A stretch of 64,000 nucleotides of DNA from Alphaproteobacteria bacterium (lineage in GTDB: Bacteria; Pseudomonadota; Alphaproteobacteria; UBA6615): NCBI GenBank assembly GCA_021774575.1, contig JAJFIX010000023.1:4166-68165 (forward strand), written 5' to 3'. The translations under genes and the position numbers were made by a program. The notes under the pieces are model-generated. The model searched no databases. It was given only the letters and a program-made list of their open reading frames with translations, and was not told the origin of the DNA. Within the stretch, counting starts at the first letter, position 1. Each line of letters opens with the position of its first letter. Below are positions 37,827 through 48,511 of the stretch, in pieces.

Positions 37827-38150
37827 ATGATACCGGGGGAATTAATCATCGCCGGCGGCGAAATAACGCTGAATGAAGGTCGCCCGACCTCTGTTTTAAC
37901 TGTCACCAATATGGGAGATCGACCAGTTCAAGTCGGATCGCATTATCATTTTTTTGAGGTCAATGCTGGGTTGGAATTTGACCGCGATAGAGCGCGTGGC
38001 ATGCGCCTGGATATTCCTGCCGGAACGGCGGTCCGGTTCGAACCGGGTCAGACCCGAGACGTTCAACTCGTCGCTATCGGCGGGACGCGGATCATTCATG
38101 GGTTTAACAATCTCGTCGGTGGCCCATTGGAGGGTAAGGACCGTGGCTAA
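37827..38150 (+). CDS. ureB: urease beta subunit
   Basis: '[29 protein letters not shown]' is a canonical UreB. Confidence 0.9.
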   Translation: MIPGELIIAGGEITLNEGRPTSVLTVTNMGDRPVQVGSHYHFFEVNAGLEFDRDRARGMRLDIPAGTAVRFEPGQTRDVQLVAIGGTRIIHGFNNLVGGPLEGKDRG

Positions 38151-39855
38151 TAAAATCGATCGCGCTGCCTATGCCCGCATGTTCGGCCCGACGGTCGGCG
38201 ACAAGGTTCGACTGGCCGACACCGAGCTGTTTATTGAAGTTGAAGAAGACCGAACGCTCTATGGCGAAGAAGTAAAATTTGGCGGTGGCAAAGTCATTCG
38301 TGACGGTATGGGCCAAAGCCAGGTCTCGCGCGCCGACGGTGCGATGGATACGGTTATTACCAACGCCCTCATTCTCGATCATTGGGGGATCGTCAAGGCG
38401 GATATTGGATTGCGTGACGGGCGAATCGCGGCAATTGGCAAAGCCGGAAATCCCGATACCCAGGACGCGGTCGATATTATTATCGGACCCGGCACGGAAA
38501 TAATCGCTGGCGAAGGCAAAATCGTTACGGCGGGTGGGCTTGATGTCCACATTCATTTCATTTCCCCCCAGCAAATAGACGAAGCCCTCTATTCGGGGAT
38601 TACCACGATGTTGGGCGGCGGCACGGGGCCGGCTGCGGGGACCAATGCGACCACCTGCACACCAGGCGCCTGGCATATCGGGCGGATGCTGCAAGCCGGC
38701 GAGGCCTTCCCGATGAATTTGGGGTTTTACGGTAAGGGCAATGCGTCGCAACCGACCGCCCTTGAGGAGCAGGTACTCGCCGGTGCCTGTGGCCTCAAAC
38801 TTCACGAGGATTGGGGCACGACACCGGCGGCGATCAGCCAGTGTCTTGATGTTGCCGACGCGATGGATGTGCAGGTCCTGATTCACACCGACACGCTGAA
38901 CGAATCCGGTTTCGTCGAAAATACCTTGGCCGCTTTTGAGGGGCGAACCATCCACACCTTCCACACCGAAGGCGCCGGGGGCGGTCATGCGCCCGATATC
39001 ATCAAAGTTTGCGGCGAACAGCATGTTCTACCATCCTCGACAAATCCAACTCGGCCCTTCACCGTCAATACCCTTGAAGAGCATCTCGATATGCTGATGG
39101 TTTGCCACCATCTCGATCCCCGTATTCCCGAGGATGTGGCCTTTGCCGAGAGCCGCATTCGTAAAGAAACGATTGCGGCTGAAGATATTCTCCACGACCT
39201 TGGCGCTTTTTCCATGATCGCGTCGGACAGTCAGGCGATGGGCCGGGTCGGCGAAGTTATCATTCGCACCTGGCAGACAGCCGACAAAATGAAGCGTCAG
39301 CGCGGCCCATTGCCCGGGGAAACCGGCGAAAACGACAATCTTCGGGCCAAGCGCTATGTCGCCAAATATACGATCAACCCGGCGATCGCCCAGGGTATCG
39401 ACCGCCATGTCGGTTCGGTAGAAGTTGGCAAATTGGCCGACTTGGTTATTTGGGCTCCGGAATTTTTCGGTGTCAAACCCGAGGCTGTATTGAAATGTGG
39501 GAGCATTGCCGCCGCGCCGATGGGCGATCCGAACGCGTCGATACCGACCCCTCAGCCGGTTCATTATCGACCGATGTTTGCCGCCTTCGGCCGGTCGAAT
39601 ATTGCCAGCTCCGTTACCTTCGTCAGTGCCGCGTCGATGAATGAGGGCTTGGATAAACGCCTCGGCTTAACCCGCGAACTTCTACCGGTCGCCAATACCC
39701 GTGGCGGGATTTCCAAGGCGTCGATGATCCATAATGACGCGACACCGCAGATTGAGGTCGACCCGGAAACATACGAAGTTCGGGCCGATGGCGAGTTGCT
39801 GACCTGCGAACCGGCAGAGATATTGCCAATGGCGCAACGCTATTTCCTCTTTTAA
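38143..39855 (+). CDS. ureC: urease alpha subunit
   Basis: GTG 38143 overlaps the ureB stop. '[19 protein letters not shown]', the nickel-ligand His cluster and 'MVCHHLD'. The six-frame ORF start at 37954 is spurious. Confidence 0.9.
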   Translation: MANKIDRAAYARMFGPTVGDKVRLADTELFIEVEEDRTLYGEEVKFGGGKVIRDGMGQSQVSRADGAMDTVITNALILDHWGIVKADIGLRDGRIAAIGKAGNPDTQDAVDIIIGPGTEIIAGEGKIVTAGGLDVHIHFISPQQIDEALYSGITTMLGGGTGPAAGTNATTCTPGAWHIGRMLQAGEAFPMNLGFYGKGNASQPTALEEQVLAGACGLKLHEDWGTTPAAISQCLDVADAMDVQVLIHTDTLNESGFVENTLAAFEGRTIHTFHTEGAGGGHAPDIIKVCGEQHVLPSSTNPTRPFTVNTLEEHLDMLMVCHHLDPRIPEDVAFAESRIRKETIAAEDILHDLGAFSMIASDSQAMGRVGEVIIRTWQTADKMKRQRGPLPGETGENDNLRAKRYVAKYTINPAIAQGIDRHVGSVEVGKLADLVIWAPEFFGVKPEAVLKCGSIAAAPMGDPNASIPTPQPVHYRPMFAAFGRSNIASSVTFVSAASMNEGLDKRLGLTRELLPVANTRGGISKASMIHNDATPQIEVDPETYEVRADGELLTCEPAEILPMAQRYFLF

Positions 39856-39866
39856 TTGATGGATTT

Positions 39867-41072
39867 TTGATGACCGGAATGGAACGCGCACTTCGATATT
39901 ATCCACCCGGTGACTGGCCCGCCGATCAGGCGTTGGAACATGTCACCCTCGATTTCGATCGACGTCATCGACGCCGGATCCGCCTGGTTTCAGATCGGGA
40001 CAAGCCCTATTTATTAGACCTGGAGAAGGCGGTGGCGATGACCAATGGCGGTGGGTTGGCGCTTGAGGGCGGCGGTTGGTTAGCCGTTCGCTCGGCGGCC
40101 GAACCGTTGCTTGAAATTAGAGCGCGTGACGATGCGCACCGCACCCGCATCGCATGGCATCTTGGTAATCGGCATTTACCGGTGCAAATTTGCGGTGACG
40201 CCTTGCGAATACGCGACGATCATGTGATCGCCGATATGGTGCGCAAACTGGACGGCGACGTTACCGCCTTGGACGCTGCCTTTGATCCCGAGGGCGGCGC
40301 CTATGGGGTCGGTCAGGTGCAAGGTCACAGTCATGGGAATGGGAATGGGAAAGGCCACGACCATTCAGCTGCGGCGGCGCCGACGACTGATGTCCTTTAC
40401 AAGCTTCTGACTTGGGTATCGCCATCCTATCCCATTGGGGCCTACACCTACTCCCATGGGCTCGAATATGCGGTCGAAACCGGCCGCGTGTCTGATTTGA
40501 CCAGTTTGTTTTCCTGGCTCGAGGCGCTTATCGGAAATGGCGGTGCCTGGATCGACGCCGTCATGCTGGCCCGCGCATGGGTTGCTACTAACAGAAGTGA
40601 CGAGCCGAAATTGCTCGAAATTGCCATTTGGGCCGCCGCCTTTCGCGCCACTTCCGAGACGTCACTGGAAGCTATAGCCCAGGGGCGCGCCTTTGCCGAT
40701 GTGACCTGCTCGGTGTGGGATACGCCCGTACTTGGCGCGCTCTGCGAACGCCATGATGGGGCTGTTACCCATCCCGTGGCGATGGGGATCGCCTGCGCAG
40801 AGCATAAGATTGGTCTTGGCGAGGCGTTGAACGCCTATCTTCATGGGTTCCTTGCCAACCTTGTTTCGGCGTCAATCAGGCTGGGAGTTATCGGGCAGAG
40901 TGACGGGCAGATGGCAATTAAAATGGGAGAAAATGTGGTTGCCGAAACAGTGAAGCGAGCCAAAGAAATGTCGGATGGTGAAAATTTTGAAGCTTTGGGG
41001 ACAGGGACGGTAATGGCCGATTGGACATCGATGATGCATGAAAACCAATATTCAAGGCTGTTCCGGTCATGA
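39867..41072 (+). CDS. ureEF: fused urease accessory protein UreE-UreF (single 401 aa ORF)
   Basis: The N-terminal ~170 aa is UreE-like and ends in a His-rich '[15 protein letters not shown]'. The C-terminal ~220 aa is UreF-like ('[25 protein letters not shown]'). No stop codon between them in this sequence. Confidence 0.7.
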   Translation: MMTGMERALRYYPPGDWPADQALEHVTLDFDRRHRRRIRLVSDRDKPYLLDLEKAVAMTNGGGLALEGGGWLAVRSAAEPLLEIRARDDAHRTRIAWHLGNRHLPVQICGDALRIRDDHVIADMVRKLDGDVTALDAAFDPEGGAYGVGQVQGHSHGNGNGKGHDHSAAAAPTTDVLYKLLTWVSPSYPIGAYTYSHGLEYAVETGRVSDLTSLFSWLEALIGNGGAWIDAVMLARAWVATNRSDEPKLLEIAIWAAAFRATSETSLEAIAQGRAFADVTCSVWDTPVLGALCERHDGAVTHPVAMGIACAEHKIGLGEALNAYLHGFLANLVSASIRLGVIGQSDGQMAIKMGENVVAETVKRAKEMSDGENFEALGTGTVMADWTSMMHENQYSRLFRS

Positions 41073-41704
41073 CTGGCGGATCGAATGGCTTCTCAGGTCC
41101 GCTGCGCGTTGGTATTGGCGGCCCGGTGGGTACGGGAAAGACGGCGCTGGTCGATGCATTATGTAAAGGCTTGCGTGACCGCTATGATATCGCCGCAATC
41201 ACCAACGATATCTACACCCGTGAAGATGCCGAGTTTCTGACCCGGTCCGGTGCGCTTTCCCCCGATCGGATTGCCGGGGTCGAGACCGGCGGGTGTCCCC
41301 ATACGGCAATCCGCGAGGATGCGTCGATCAATCTCCTTGCCATCGCCGATATGAATAAGCGATTTCCCGATTTGGAACTAATTTTTATCGAGTCCGGTGG
41401 CGATAATTTAGCTGCTACTTTTTCGCCCGAACTGGCTGATTTGACGATTTATGTGATCGATGTTTCAGCCGGCGACAAAATTCCGCGTAAAGGCGGACCG
41501 GGTATTACCCGGTCCGACCTGTTGGTCATCAATAAGATCGACCTTGCCCCCCATGTTGGCGCCGACTTAGGTGTCATGGAGAGGGACGCCAAGAAAATGC
41601 GCGGCGACCGTCCCACCCTTTTTGCCAATATCAAAGCGGGCGCCGGGGTTGAAGAAATCGCCGATTTTATCTCAACGACCGGCGGGTTGGGTAATCAAGT
41701 CTGA
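41069..41704 (+). CDS. ureG: urease accessory GTPase UreG
   Basis: P-loop '[11 protein letters not shown]', 'ESGGDNL', 'NKIDL'. ATGA overlap with the upstream gene. Confidence 0.9.
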   Translation: MTGGSNGFSGPLRVGIGGPVGTGKTALVDALCKGLRDRYDIAAITNDIYTREDAEFLTRSGALSPDRIAGVETGGCPHTAIREDASINLLAIADMNKRFPDLELIFIESGGDNLAATFSPELADLTIYVIDVSAGDKIPRKGGPGITRSDLLVINKIDLAPHVGADLGVMERDAKKMRGDRPTLFANIKAGAGVEEIADFISTTGGLGNQV

Positions 41705-41705
41705 G

Positions 41706-42596
41706 TCATGACCCTGAACCCGCACCTTCGATCTTGTCTTGGGTTTTTGTCGCAAAGTCGTCGGCGTCATGGCGTTCGCGAAGCTGTTCTTCGAGTGGGC
41801 CGTTGGCGCGGTTAACCATCCGTCCACGTTGCACGGCTTCCCGCTGCCAAATTTCATCGGCCCATCTGCCCAGGTTTTTGTAAGATGGTGCGTCCAGAAA
41901 TTCTGCCGCGCTGTAAACTTTGTTCAAAATGAGCGCGCCGTACCACGGCCAGATGGCGATGTCGGCAATGGTGTATTCATCACCGCACATATATTGATTG
42001 CCGGCCAAACGACGGTCGAGCAGGTCTAGTTGGCGCTTTACTTCCATGGTAAAACGGTCGATGCAATATTCGATCTTTACCGGGGCGTAGGTATAGAAAT
42101 GGCCAAACCCACCACCAAGATACGGGGTGGCCCCCATTTGCCAGAAAAGCCATGACAAACATTCGGCGCGCAGAGCCGGGTCACTGGGCAAGAACGCGCC
42201 ATGTTTTTCGGCAAGATAAAGCAAGATAGAGCCGGATTCAAAGACACGGGTGGGTGTTGGCGTGCTGTGATCCATCAGTGCCGGAATTTTGGAATTTGGG
42301 TTAATATCGACAAACCCGCTGCCAAATTGCTCGCCATCATCGATGCTGATCCGCCAGGCATCATATTCGGCCTCGCCAATGCCTAACGCCAGCAGCTCTT
42401 CAAGCATTATCGTGACCTTCACGCCGTTCGGCGTTGACAGCGAGTAAAGTTGCAAAGGGTGTTTGCCGACAGGTAGCTCCTGATCGTGAGTAGCACCGGC
42501 AACCGGGCGGTTGATTTTTGCAAACTTACCCCCGTTCTCAGTCCCCATCTCCCATTTCCAGACCTTGGCCGGCTCGTAGGGTAAGTTCGTGTCCAT
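41706..42596 (-). CDS. yghU: Nu-class glutathione S-transferase, YghU-like
   Basis: Near-colinear similarity to E. coli YghU ('PAKVWKWE', 'HPLQLYSLSTPNGVKV', 'GHFYTYAPVKIEY'). Start trimmed to MDTNLPYEP. Confidence 0.85.
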   Translation of the reverse strand: MDTNLPYEPAKVWKWEMGTENGGKFAKINRPVAGATHDQELPVGKHPLQLYSLSTPNGVKVTIMLEELLALGIGEAEYDAWRISIDDGEQFGSGFVDINPNSKIPALMDHSTPTPTRVFESGSILLYLAEKHGAFLPSDPALRAECLSWLFWQMGATPYLGGGFGHFYTYAPVKIEYCIDRFTMEVKRQLDLLDRRLAGNQYMCGDEYTIADIAIWPWYGALILNKVYSAAEFLDAPSYKNLGRWADEIWQREAVQRGRMVNRANGPLEEQLRERHDADDFATKTQDKIEGAGSGS

Positions 42597-42819
42597 TTTT
42601 AACTCCATTCCGATTACGCTGGATCATTGTTTGCTCTAGGCGATCATTCTTCCGGGTGTTTTTTACCTGGTGTGATTGACCGAAGCTAGCCCGCAGTCAA
42701 ATTTCAATGACACGCGAGGGGCGGTGCAAGTAGCTTGAGCCGTGCGCGGATTTCGTTCAGGTTCAGGTCAGGTTTATGCGCTATGGATTCTGTCTCCCTA
42801 GGGCGAAAAGGAACGTTTG

Positions 42820-43479
42820 ATGCGGGTTCTGTTAATTGAGGATGACGAGATCCTAGGCCAAGCCGTGCGCGATCAAATTGCTGCCGACGGGCACGCAGTC
42901 GATTGGATGCAGCGATTGGATGATGCCGAAGTGAGCGCGCGCAGCGTGGCCTATGACCTAGTGCTGCTTGACCTATTGCTTCCCGACGGACTCGGGCTTG
43001 ATTTCTTGCAGCAGCGCAGAAAGGCCGGTGACGTGACACCGGTCATTATCCTTACGGCGCGCGACCAGATTTCCGACCGCATTGCCGGGTTGAACGCTGG
43101 GGCCGACGATTACCTGGTCAAACCGTTTGACCTTTCTGAATTGACGGCTCGGGTGGCCGCTGTGGCCAGACGCTACGCCGGCAACCCGAACCCACTTGTC
43201 CACCAGGGGGATCTTGAAATTGATCTGGCGGCCCGTGCGGTATATCGGGCGGGTCAGCTCGCCGATCTGACGGCGCGCGAATGGACGCTCTTGGAAGCCT
43301 TGCTTCAGCGACCGGGGACAATTTTATCCAAGAGCCAACTCGAAGATCGCCTGTATGAATTTGGCGGAGAGGTGGAGAGCAACACGATCGAGGTACATGT
43401 TAGCCGCCTCCGTAAGAAACTGGGACACGACCATATCGAGACTGTGCGCGGCATGGGTTACCGAATGGGGCAAACATGA
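42820..43479 (+). CDS. OmpR-family two-component response regulator
   Basis: Receiver domain ('LLIEDD', 'LVLLDLLLPDG') with a winged-helix C-terminus ('VEVHVSRLRKK'). Confidence 0.85.
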   Translation: MRVLLIEDDEILGQAVRDQIAADGHAVDWMQRLDDAEVSARSVAYDLVLLDLLLPDGLGLDFLQQRRKAGDVTPVIILTARDQISDRIAGLNAGADDYLVKPFDLSELTARVAAVARRYAGNPNPLVHQGDLEIDLAARAVYRAGQLADLTAREWTLLEALLQRPGTILSKSQLEDRLYEFGGEVESNTIEVHVSRLRKKLGHDHIETVRGMGYRMGQT

Positions 43480-44807
43480 CAAAGTCTCCAAGCCTGCGGC
43501 GCCAACTCAGCATTGGGATTGCTGCGGGGATCAGTTTCATCTGGATCATTGCGACCGTCGCTGCCGGCCTGATCATTCGCCATGAGCTAGACGAACTTTT
43601 TGACAGCGGTCTTCAGGAAACAGCACAACGCATCTTGCCCCTAGCCGTGGTTGATATCTCGAACCGGGAAGGCCCGATCTCGGCGCAGCGTAGCCCGACG
43701 GTCGGAGTGCATGACGAATATCTGACTTATTTGGTCCGCGATCAATCCGGCAATATCTTGTTACAGTCGCATGACTCAGATCCGGCGACCTATCTTGGGG
43801 AACCGGTTTTGGGATTTCGCGATACGGCGACCCATCGTATCTACGGTGAAGCAGCGGTAAGCGGAACGATTATCGTTGAGGTAGCCGAGCCACTGGCACA
43901 TCGACGTGAAGCGACATTTGAAGCGACCCTTGCGTTTGTTGGTCCCCTTCTGCTCCTTCTGCCGATTAGTCTTCTGGGTGTATGGCGGCTCGTTTGGCAG
44001 AGCATGCGCCCGGTGTTGGCATTCCGAACGGAGGTCGAGGCGCGCGGGGGTGGTGATTTGTCGCCTGTTTCTACGGATAAATTATTTTCCGAAATTCGCC
44101 CGATTGGCCAGGCCGTAAACCAACTGATGGATCGACTGCGCAAGTCGCTCGAATCCGAGCGCAGCTTTGCGGCAAACAGCGCCCACGAGCTGCGAACACC
44201 GATTGCAGCGTCCCTTGCCCAAACCCAGCGATTGATTGCTGAGGTTCCGGCGGGACCACTGCACGACCGAGCTGTCCGAATTGAGGCATCGCTACACCAT
44301 CTCGCCTCCTTGTCGGAAAAGCTCTTGCAGCTGGCAAGGGCCGAAGGCGGTGGCCTGCTGTCGGAATCGCGCCAGAATCTCGTATTGGCCCTCGAGCACC
44401 TTGTTGAAGATTTTCGGCAACAGCCGGAGAATCACAATCGTCTCAGCTTGACTGTTCCCATGTCTGGAGCGGCCATGTCGCGTATGGATTTAGACGCCTT
44501 TGCAATATTGGTCCGCAATATTATCGAGAACGCGCTGAAACATGGTAACCCCGACGAACCCATTGATATCAGTTTGTCCGACGATGGAGTGGTGCGTGTG
44601 GTTAACGCCGGTCCGGTGGTGGACGCTGGTTCGTTGGCGCAGCTAAAAAGCCGGTTCGAACGCGGTGGCACACAGGCCGGCGGGACAGGGCTTGGGCTGG
44701 CAATTGCCGACGCTATCGCGACGGGGGCAGGCGGCAGCCTTCTTCTCCTGTCGCCAGCCACGGACAGGCAGGAAGGATTTGAGGTCGTTCTGCAATTGCC
44801 ACAATGA
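43476..44807 (+). CDS. two-component sensor histidine kinase (HAMP-HisKA-HATPase)
   Basis: Two TM segments, an H-box 'SAHELRTP' and G-boxes 'GTGLGLAIA'. ATGA-coupled to the regulator. Confidence 0.85.
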   Translation: MTKSPSLRRQLSIGIAAGISFIWIIATVAAGLIIRHELDELFDSGLQETAQRILPLAVVDISNREGPISAQRSPTVGVHDEYLTYLVRDQSGNILLQSHDSDPATYLGEPVLGFRDTATHRIYGEAAVSGTIIVEVAEPLAHRREATFEATLAFVGPLLLLLPISLLGVWRLVWQSMRPVLAFRTEVEARGGGDLSPVSTDKLFSEIRPIGQAVNQLMDRLRKSLESERSFAANSAHELRTPIAASLAQTQRLIAEVPAGPLHDRAVRIEASLHHLASLSEKLLQLARAEGGGLLSESRQNLVLALEHLVEDFRQQPENHNRLSLTVPMSGAAMSRMDLDAFAILVRNIIENALKHGNPDEPIDISLSDDGVVRVVNAGPVVDAGSLAQLKSRFERGGTQAGGTGLGLAIADAIATGAGGSLLLLSPATDRQEGFEVVLQLPQ

Positions 44808-45088
44808 GGTAGCGCGCAAGTCGACGATAGTCGGTGTCTATCTGCGGTCAAATGTATTTATTTTGCTGCCTTAATTTGGAACGCCCTCGCCCCTGAGGGG
44901 GCTTCGCGTTCAAATTCATATCATCTCCAAAAACTAGATTGGCGTCGGGAATATCCCTGTGACCTTGCCGATATTCTACGGCTAACGAAGCAGTTTCGCA
45001 CCTGAATGAAAATAAATTTCTCCGTCAGGTTCCCTTCAGGAAGGGGTGCGATATTGCGGCATCATAATTCAAAATAGGAACTCGACAG

Positions 45089-45550
45089 ATGAAACTGAAA
45101 CTCACGATTGCCGCAATGCTGATGGGCCCTTTAGGGGCTGGCGCTGCTTACGCCGCCGATGATGATTGCTCCGTCCCGCTCGCCGATTGGCAGCCGACTG
45201 ACGCGGTGCAGCAGTTGGCCGATACACAAGGTTGGGACGTACAACAGATCCAGGTTGATTCCGGATGTTACGAAATTAGCGGATTGGACAGGCTAGGCCG
45301 AGCGATCGAGGTAACGTTGAACCCGGCGTCACTCGCGATCGTGGAGATTGGTCATGACGGAGATGACGGCCGTGGAAATGATGACCGTGACGACGATGGT
45401 CGTGACGACGATGGTCGTGACGATGATTTCGATCGCGATGATGATGACGACAACGACGACAATGACAATGATAATGACGACGACAATGACAATGACGACG
45501 ACAATGACAATGACAATGACAATGACGACGACGACGACGACGACGATTAA
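45089..45550 (+). CDS. secreted PepSY-domain protein with long poly-Asp/Asn low-complexity tail
   Basis: Signal peptide. PepSY-like core ('GWDVQQIQVDSGCYEISGLDRLGRAIEVTLNPASLAIVEI'). About 65 aa of D/N/R/G tail. Confidence 0.7.
   Translation: MKLKLTIAAMLMGPLGAGAAYAADDDCSVPLADWQPTDAVQQLADTQGWDVQQIQVDSGCYEISGLDRLGRAIEVTLNPASLAIVEIGHDGDDGRGNDDRDDDGRDDDGRDDDFDRDDDDDNDDNDNDNDDDNDNDDDNDNDNDNDDDDDDDD
45357..45547 (+). repeat. coding trinucleotide microsatellite (GAC/GAT/AAT)n encoding the D/N-rich tail
   Basis: 'gacgacaatgacaatgataatgacgacgacaatgacaatgac...gacgacgacgacgacgat' read directly. Imperfect (GAC GAC AAT)/(GAC AAT) units. Confidence 0.8.
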
Positions 45551-45803
45551 TGCCGTCGCGGTGGTCTGCGATTCGGCACAAAATAGGCATTATCGCATCA
45601 CCGTGTAGCGGTCTTTTCATCGAATGGTTTTGGTGCATTTCCGTTGCCTCGCTCACTCCGGAGCGAGGCAACACCGGACCTTAACGCCACCGGATTTGCA
45701 ACCTGAACAGACGAGCAAAGCAATTTTCAAATTCCTTTCGGCGTCGCACCGATCTTTAACGTCGAAATGCATCGACGAAACCGTTTTGACTGGAGACCAA
45801 GCC

Positions 45804-46274
45804 ATGAAATCGCCTTTGGCAGCGTTGACCATAGCCACCACACTTGCCTTGCCAAGCCTAGCCATGGCTGGCCCAGTGACCCTCAGCACTGAAATGAATA
45901 GTTACGGTGGTGATGGCGCTTATCTCGTACTTTATGTGACCGATGCGGAGGGTGCTTACATCGGCACGCTCTGGATGTCGGGTGGCAAGTCGAAATATTA
46001 CAGCCATCTCAGTGATTGGACACGTGCATCAGGTGGTAACTTACAGGAAATCAATGGCATTACCGGCGCGAGCGTTGGCGCTGGCGCGACATTGAACGTA
46101 ACGCTGGAACTTGCCGACGCCCTGTTCGAGGCGGGGTACGAGCTGCACATAGATAGCTCGGTTGAGGACATGCGAGACGTTCCGTCAGAGATCGTCGTGC
46201 CCTTAACCGTCGAAGGCGCCGGCCAAGCTGTTACCGGCAGCCGATACATCAAATCCTTCACCTATGACCGGTAG
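45804..46274 (+). CDS. periplasmic DUF2271-like protein with candidate ApbE flavinylation motif
   Basis: ATG 45804 with a signal peptide 'MKSPLAALTIATTLALPSLAMA'. 'EINGITGASVGAGATL' resembles the D-G-[LI]-[ST]-G-A-[TS] FMN-attachment motif of NqrC/RnfG. The six-frame ORF start at 45624 is likely spurious. Confidence 0.55.
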   Translation: MKSPLAALTIATTLALPSLAMAGPVTLSTEMNSYGGDGAYLVLYVTDAEGAYIGTLWMSGGKSKYYSHLSDWTRASGGNLQEINGITGASVGAGATLNVTLELADALFEAGYELHIDSSVEDMRDVPSEIVVPLTVEGAGQAVTGSRYIKSFTYDR

Positions 46275-46299
46275 GAATCTCTAACGAAGGACGGGTATC

Positions 46300-48510
46300 A
46301 TGCTCCGCCGACTTCACAATGTACCGGGTCTGTTTGCCGCCCTCTTTATCAGTGTTTTAGCTCTAAGCGGAGTTGTTCTTGCGATCTATCCGGCAGTGGA
46401 CAGGGCCGAGGCAGTGTCCGTTTCGACGAGCCAGATCAGCGCCCTCGATCTGGCCGTTCGGGTTGTTCAAAACCATCCCCAAGTTGAGCAAATCAGGCAC
46501 ACTGCGTCGGGCAAAGTCATTGTCTTTTATTTCGAGAACGGTCGCTCGGTCTCACTTATCGTTGACCCGGAAAATGGTCAATCCGTAACAGATTACGTGC
46601 CATCGGGGATCGAGCGATGGGTGACCAATTTACACCGCTCCCTCTTTCTGGGCGATGGAGGACGGATAGCGGTGGGAGCGGGAGCGCTGGCACTCTTGTT
46701 GCTGACAATATCGGGATTACAGATGACTGCGCGGCGCATGGGGGGCTGGCACAGGATTTTTCACAGGGCTCGTGGTACGGGGATGCAGCGATTGCATGTT
46801 GACCTGGGAAGGTCGGTGGTGTTCGGCCTTATGTTTTCTTCGGTTACCGCCCTTTATTTGGTGCTCGCGACATTCGAAGTGATCCCAGACGGTATGTCAC
46901 AAGGCCCGGTTTTCCCGAGCGAGGTAAATGGCGGCCCGACAATGCGGGTAGATCAGATCGGAGCCCTACATAGTGTCGGCTTGGCCGAACTGCGTGAGCT
47001 GACGTTTCCCTATCCAGGTGACCTTACCGATGTGTTCAGCATCAAAACGGCCAAGGGGGAGGGCTTTATTGACCAGGCCACGGGGCAGTTTTTGGTGTGG
47101 CAGGATCATGGTCTCGCACTTCGAATTTATGAATTTATTTATATGTTGCATACTGGACAGGGACTGTGGTGGTGGGGCCTAATCCTTGGGGCGACGGTTT
47201 TATTCATTCCAGTAATGGGGCTTACCGGGTTTTTCGTTTGGTGGCGGCGTCGCCATTCTTACCAGCGTCCGAAGCAAAACATTGCCGTGTGCGCGGCCGA
47301 CACAATCATCCTTATCGGCAGCGAAAGTGGAAGCAGTTGGGCCTTCGCTGGTACTCTACACAATGCTCTGACGGCAGCCGGGCATAAAGTGCATTGTGGC
47401 TCATTGAGCAGCTTTAAGTCGGACTATGCGTCGGCCGAACGCATGTTTATTTTGGCCGCGACCCATGGCGATGGCACCGTCCCAGAATCGGCCAAGGGAT
47501 TTCTTTCCCGTGTAAAATTGCTTGCTACACCGCCTCCATTTTCGGTGACCATACTTGGCTTTGGCGATCGTCAGTTCCCTAAATTTTGCCGGTATGCGAA
47601 AGATGTGAGCGAGACCCTGGCTAAAATGGGTTGGAAGACCTTGTTGCCTTTTGCCACCATCGATCGCCAGTCGGCGCAAGAATTCGCGCGCTGGGGGCGG
47701 AACCTGTCGCAGGTCATGGGCGAAAATTTTGCACTGGTGCATAAGCCTATACGCCCCAAATGCACGACCTTGACCCTTCATTCACGCAGTGATTATGGGG
47801 CTGAAACACAAGCGCCCACGGCCATCCTGCGGTTCTTATTGCCAGAGCGCGGACCGGCAGCGCGGCTCATTGGCCGTGCCCTGCCACGTTTTTCCGCCGG
47901 CGATTTGGTCAGTATCTTGCCGCCCAACAGCGATGTGCCGCGGGACTATTCTCTGGCCTCTTCGAGGAATGAAGGGATGCTGGAAATATGCGTGCGCAAG
48001 CATCCTGACGGGTTGTGCTCCACCCATCTGCATGATTTGCAGCCGGGTGATACGACCCAGGCTTTTATCAAACGCAATCTCGGATTTCGGCCAGCTCCGG
48101 GTCGGAAATCGGTGATCTTAATCGGCGCGGGCACGGGTGTGGGTCCGCTGGCGGGCTTTATCCGCGATAACACGTCGCTTCGCCCGATGCATCTATATTT
48201 TGGCGTGCGCGATCGGACTTCGGATTTTCTCTACGGCGACGACTTTGACAAATGGCTAGCCGACAAACGACTGACCAGTCTCAACACAGCCTCCTCGCGC
48301 GCTCCCGACCATAGCTATGTGCAGGACCGCTTGCTGCAAGATGCGGATCATTTGCGCGTCCTGATCGCGAAGGGGGCCCAGATCATGGTTTGCGGCGGGC
48401 GAGATATGGCCGCAGGCGTGTTGGAGGCGCTGAATGACGTTCTGGCTCCGATAGGTATGGAGCCGGCAACACTCAAAATTCAGGGAAGGTATCTTGAAGA
48501 TGTTTACTAA
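46300..48510 (+). CDS. PepSY-associated-TM protein fused to flavodoxin and FAD/NAD(P)-binding reductase (CysJ / sulfite-reductase-flavoprotein-like) domains
   Basis: N-terminal PepSY-TM helices ('LFAALFISVLALSGVVLAIYP'). Flavodoxin 'TIILIGSESGSSWAFAG' and an FNR-like C-terminus ('ILIGAGTGVGPLAGF'). Confidence 0.7.
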   Translation: MLRRLHNVPGLFAALFISVLALSGVVLAIYPAVDRAEAVSVSTSQISALDLAVRVVQNHPQVEQIRHTASGKVIVFYFENGRSVSLIVDPENGQSVTDYVPSGIERWVTNLHRSLFLGDGGRIAVGAGALALLLLTISGLQMTARRMGGWHRIFHRARGTGMQRLHVDLGRSVVFGLMFSSVTALYLVLATFEVIPDGMSQGPVFPSEVNGGPTMRVDQIGALHSVGLAELRELTFPYPGDLTDVFSIKTAKGEGFIDQATGQFLVWQDHGLALRIYEFIYMLHTGQGLWWWGLILGATVLFIPVMGLTGFFVWWRRRHSYQRPKQNIAVCAADTIILIGSESGSSWAFAGTLHNALTAAGHKVHCGSLSSFKSDYASAERMFILAATHGDGTVPESAKGFLSRVKLLATPPPFSVTILGFGDRQFPKFCRYAKDVSETLAKMGWKTLLPFATIDRQSAQEFARWGRNLSQVMGENFALVHKPIRPKCTTLTLHSRSDYGAETQAPTAILRFLLPERGPAARLIGRALPRFSAGDLVSILPPNSDVPRDYSLASSRNEGMLEICVRKHPDGLCSTHLHDLQPGDTTQAFIKRNLGFRPAPGRKSVILIGAGTGVGPLAGFIRDNTSLRPMHLYFGVRDRTSDFLYGDDFDKWLADKRLTSLNTASSRAPDHSYVQDRLLQDADHLRVLIAKGAQIMVCGGRDMAAGVLEALNDVLAPIGMEPATLKIQGRYLEDVY

Positions 48511-48511
48511 C

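Noticed and set aside
38104-39564. Minus-strand ORFs 38104-39024 and 39028-39564 antisense to ureC
   Set aside because: ureC is unambiguous on the plus strand with complete urease alpha motifs. The antisense frames are GC-rich shadow ORFs.
44881-44910. Rho-independent terminator after the histidine kinase gene ('gcccctgagggggc')
   Set aside because: The stem is only 4-5 bp with a 3-nt loop and has no downstream T-tract.
45276-45674. Minus-strand His/Arg/Cys-rich ORF (45276-45674) and the plus-strand 'MTMT' ORF (45348-45608)
   Set aside because: Both are alternative-frame readings of the GAC/AAT microsatellite. The sense frame is continuous with the PepSY domain and its signal peptide.
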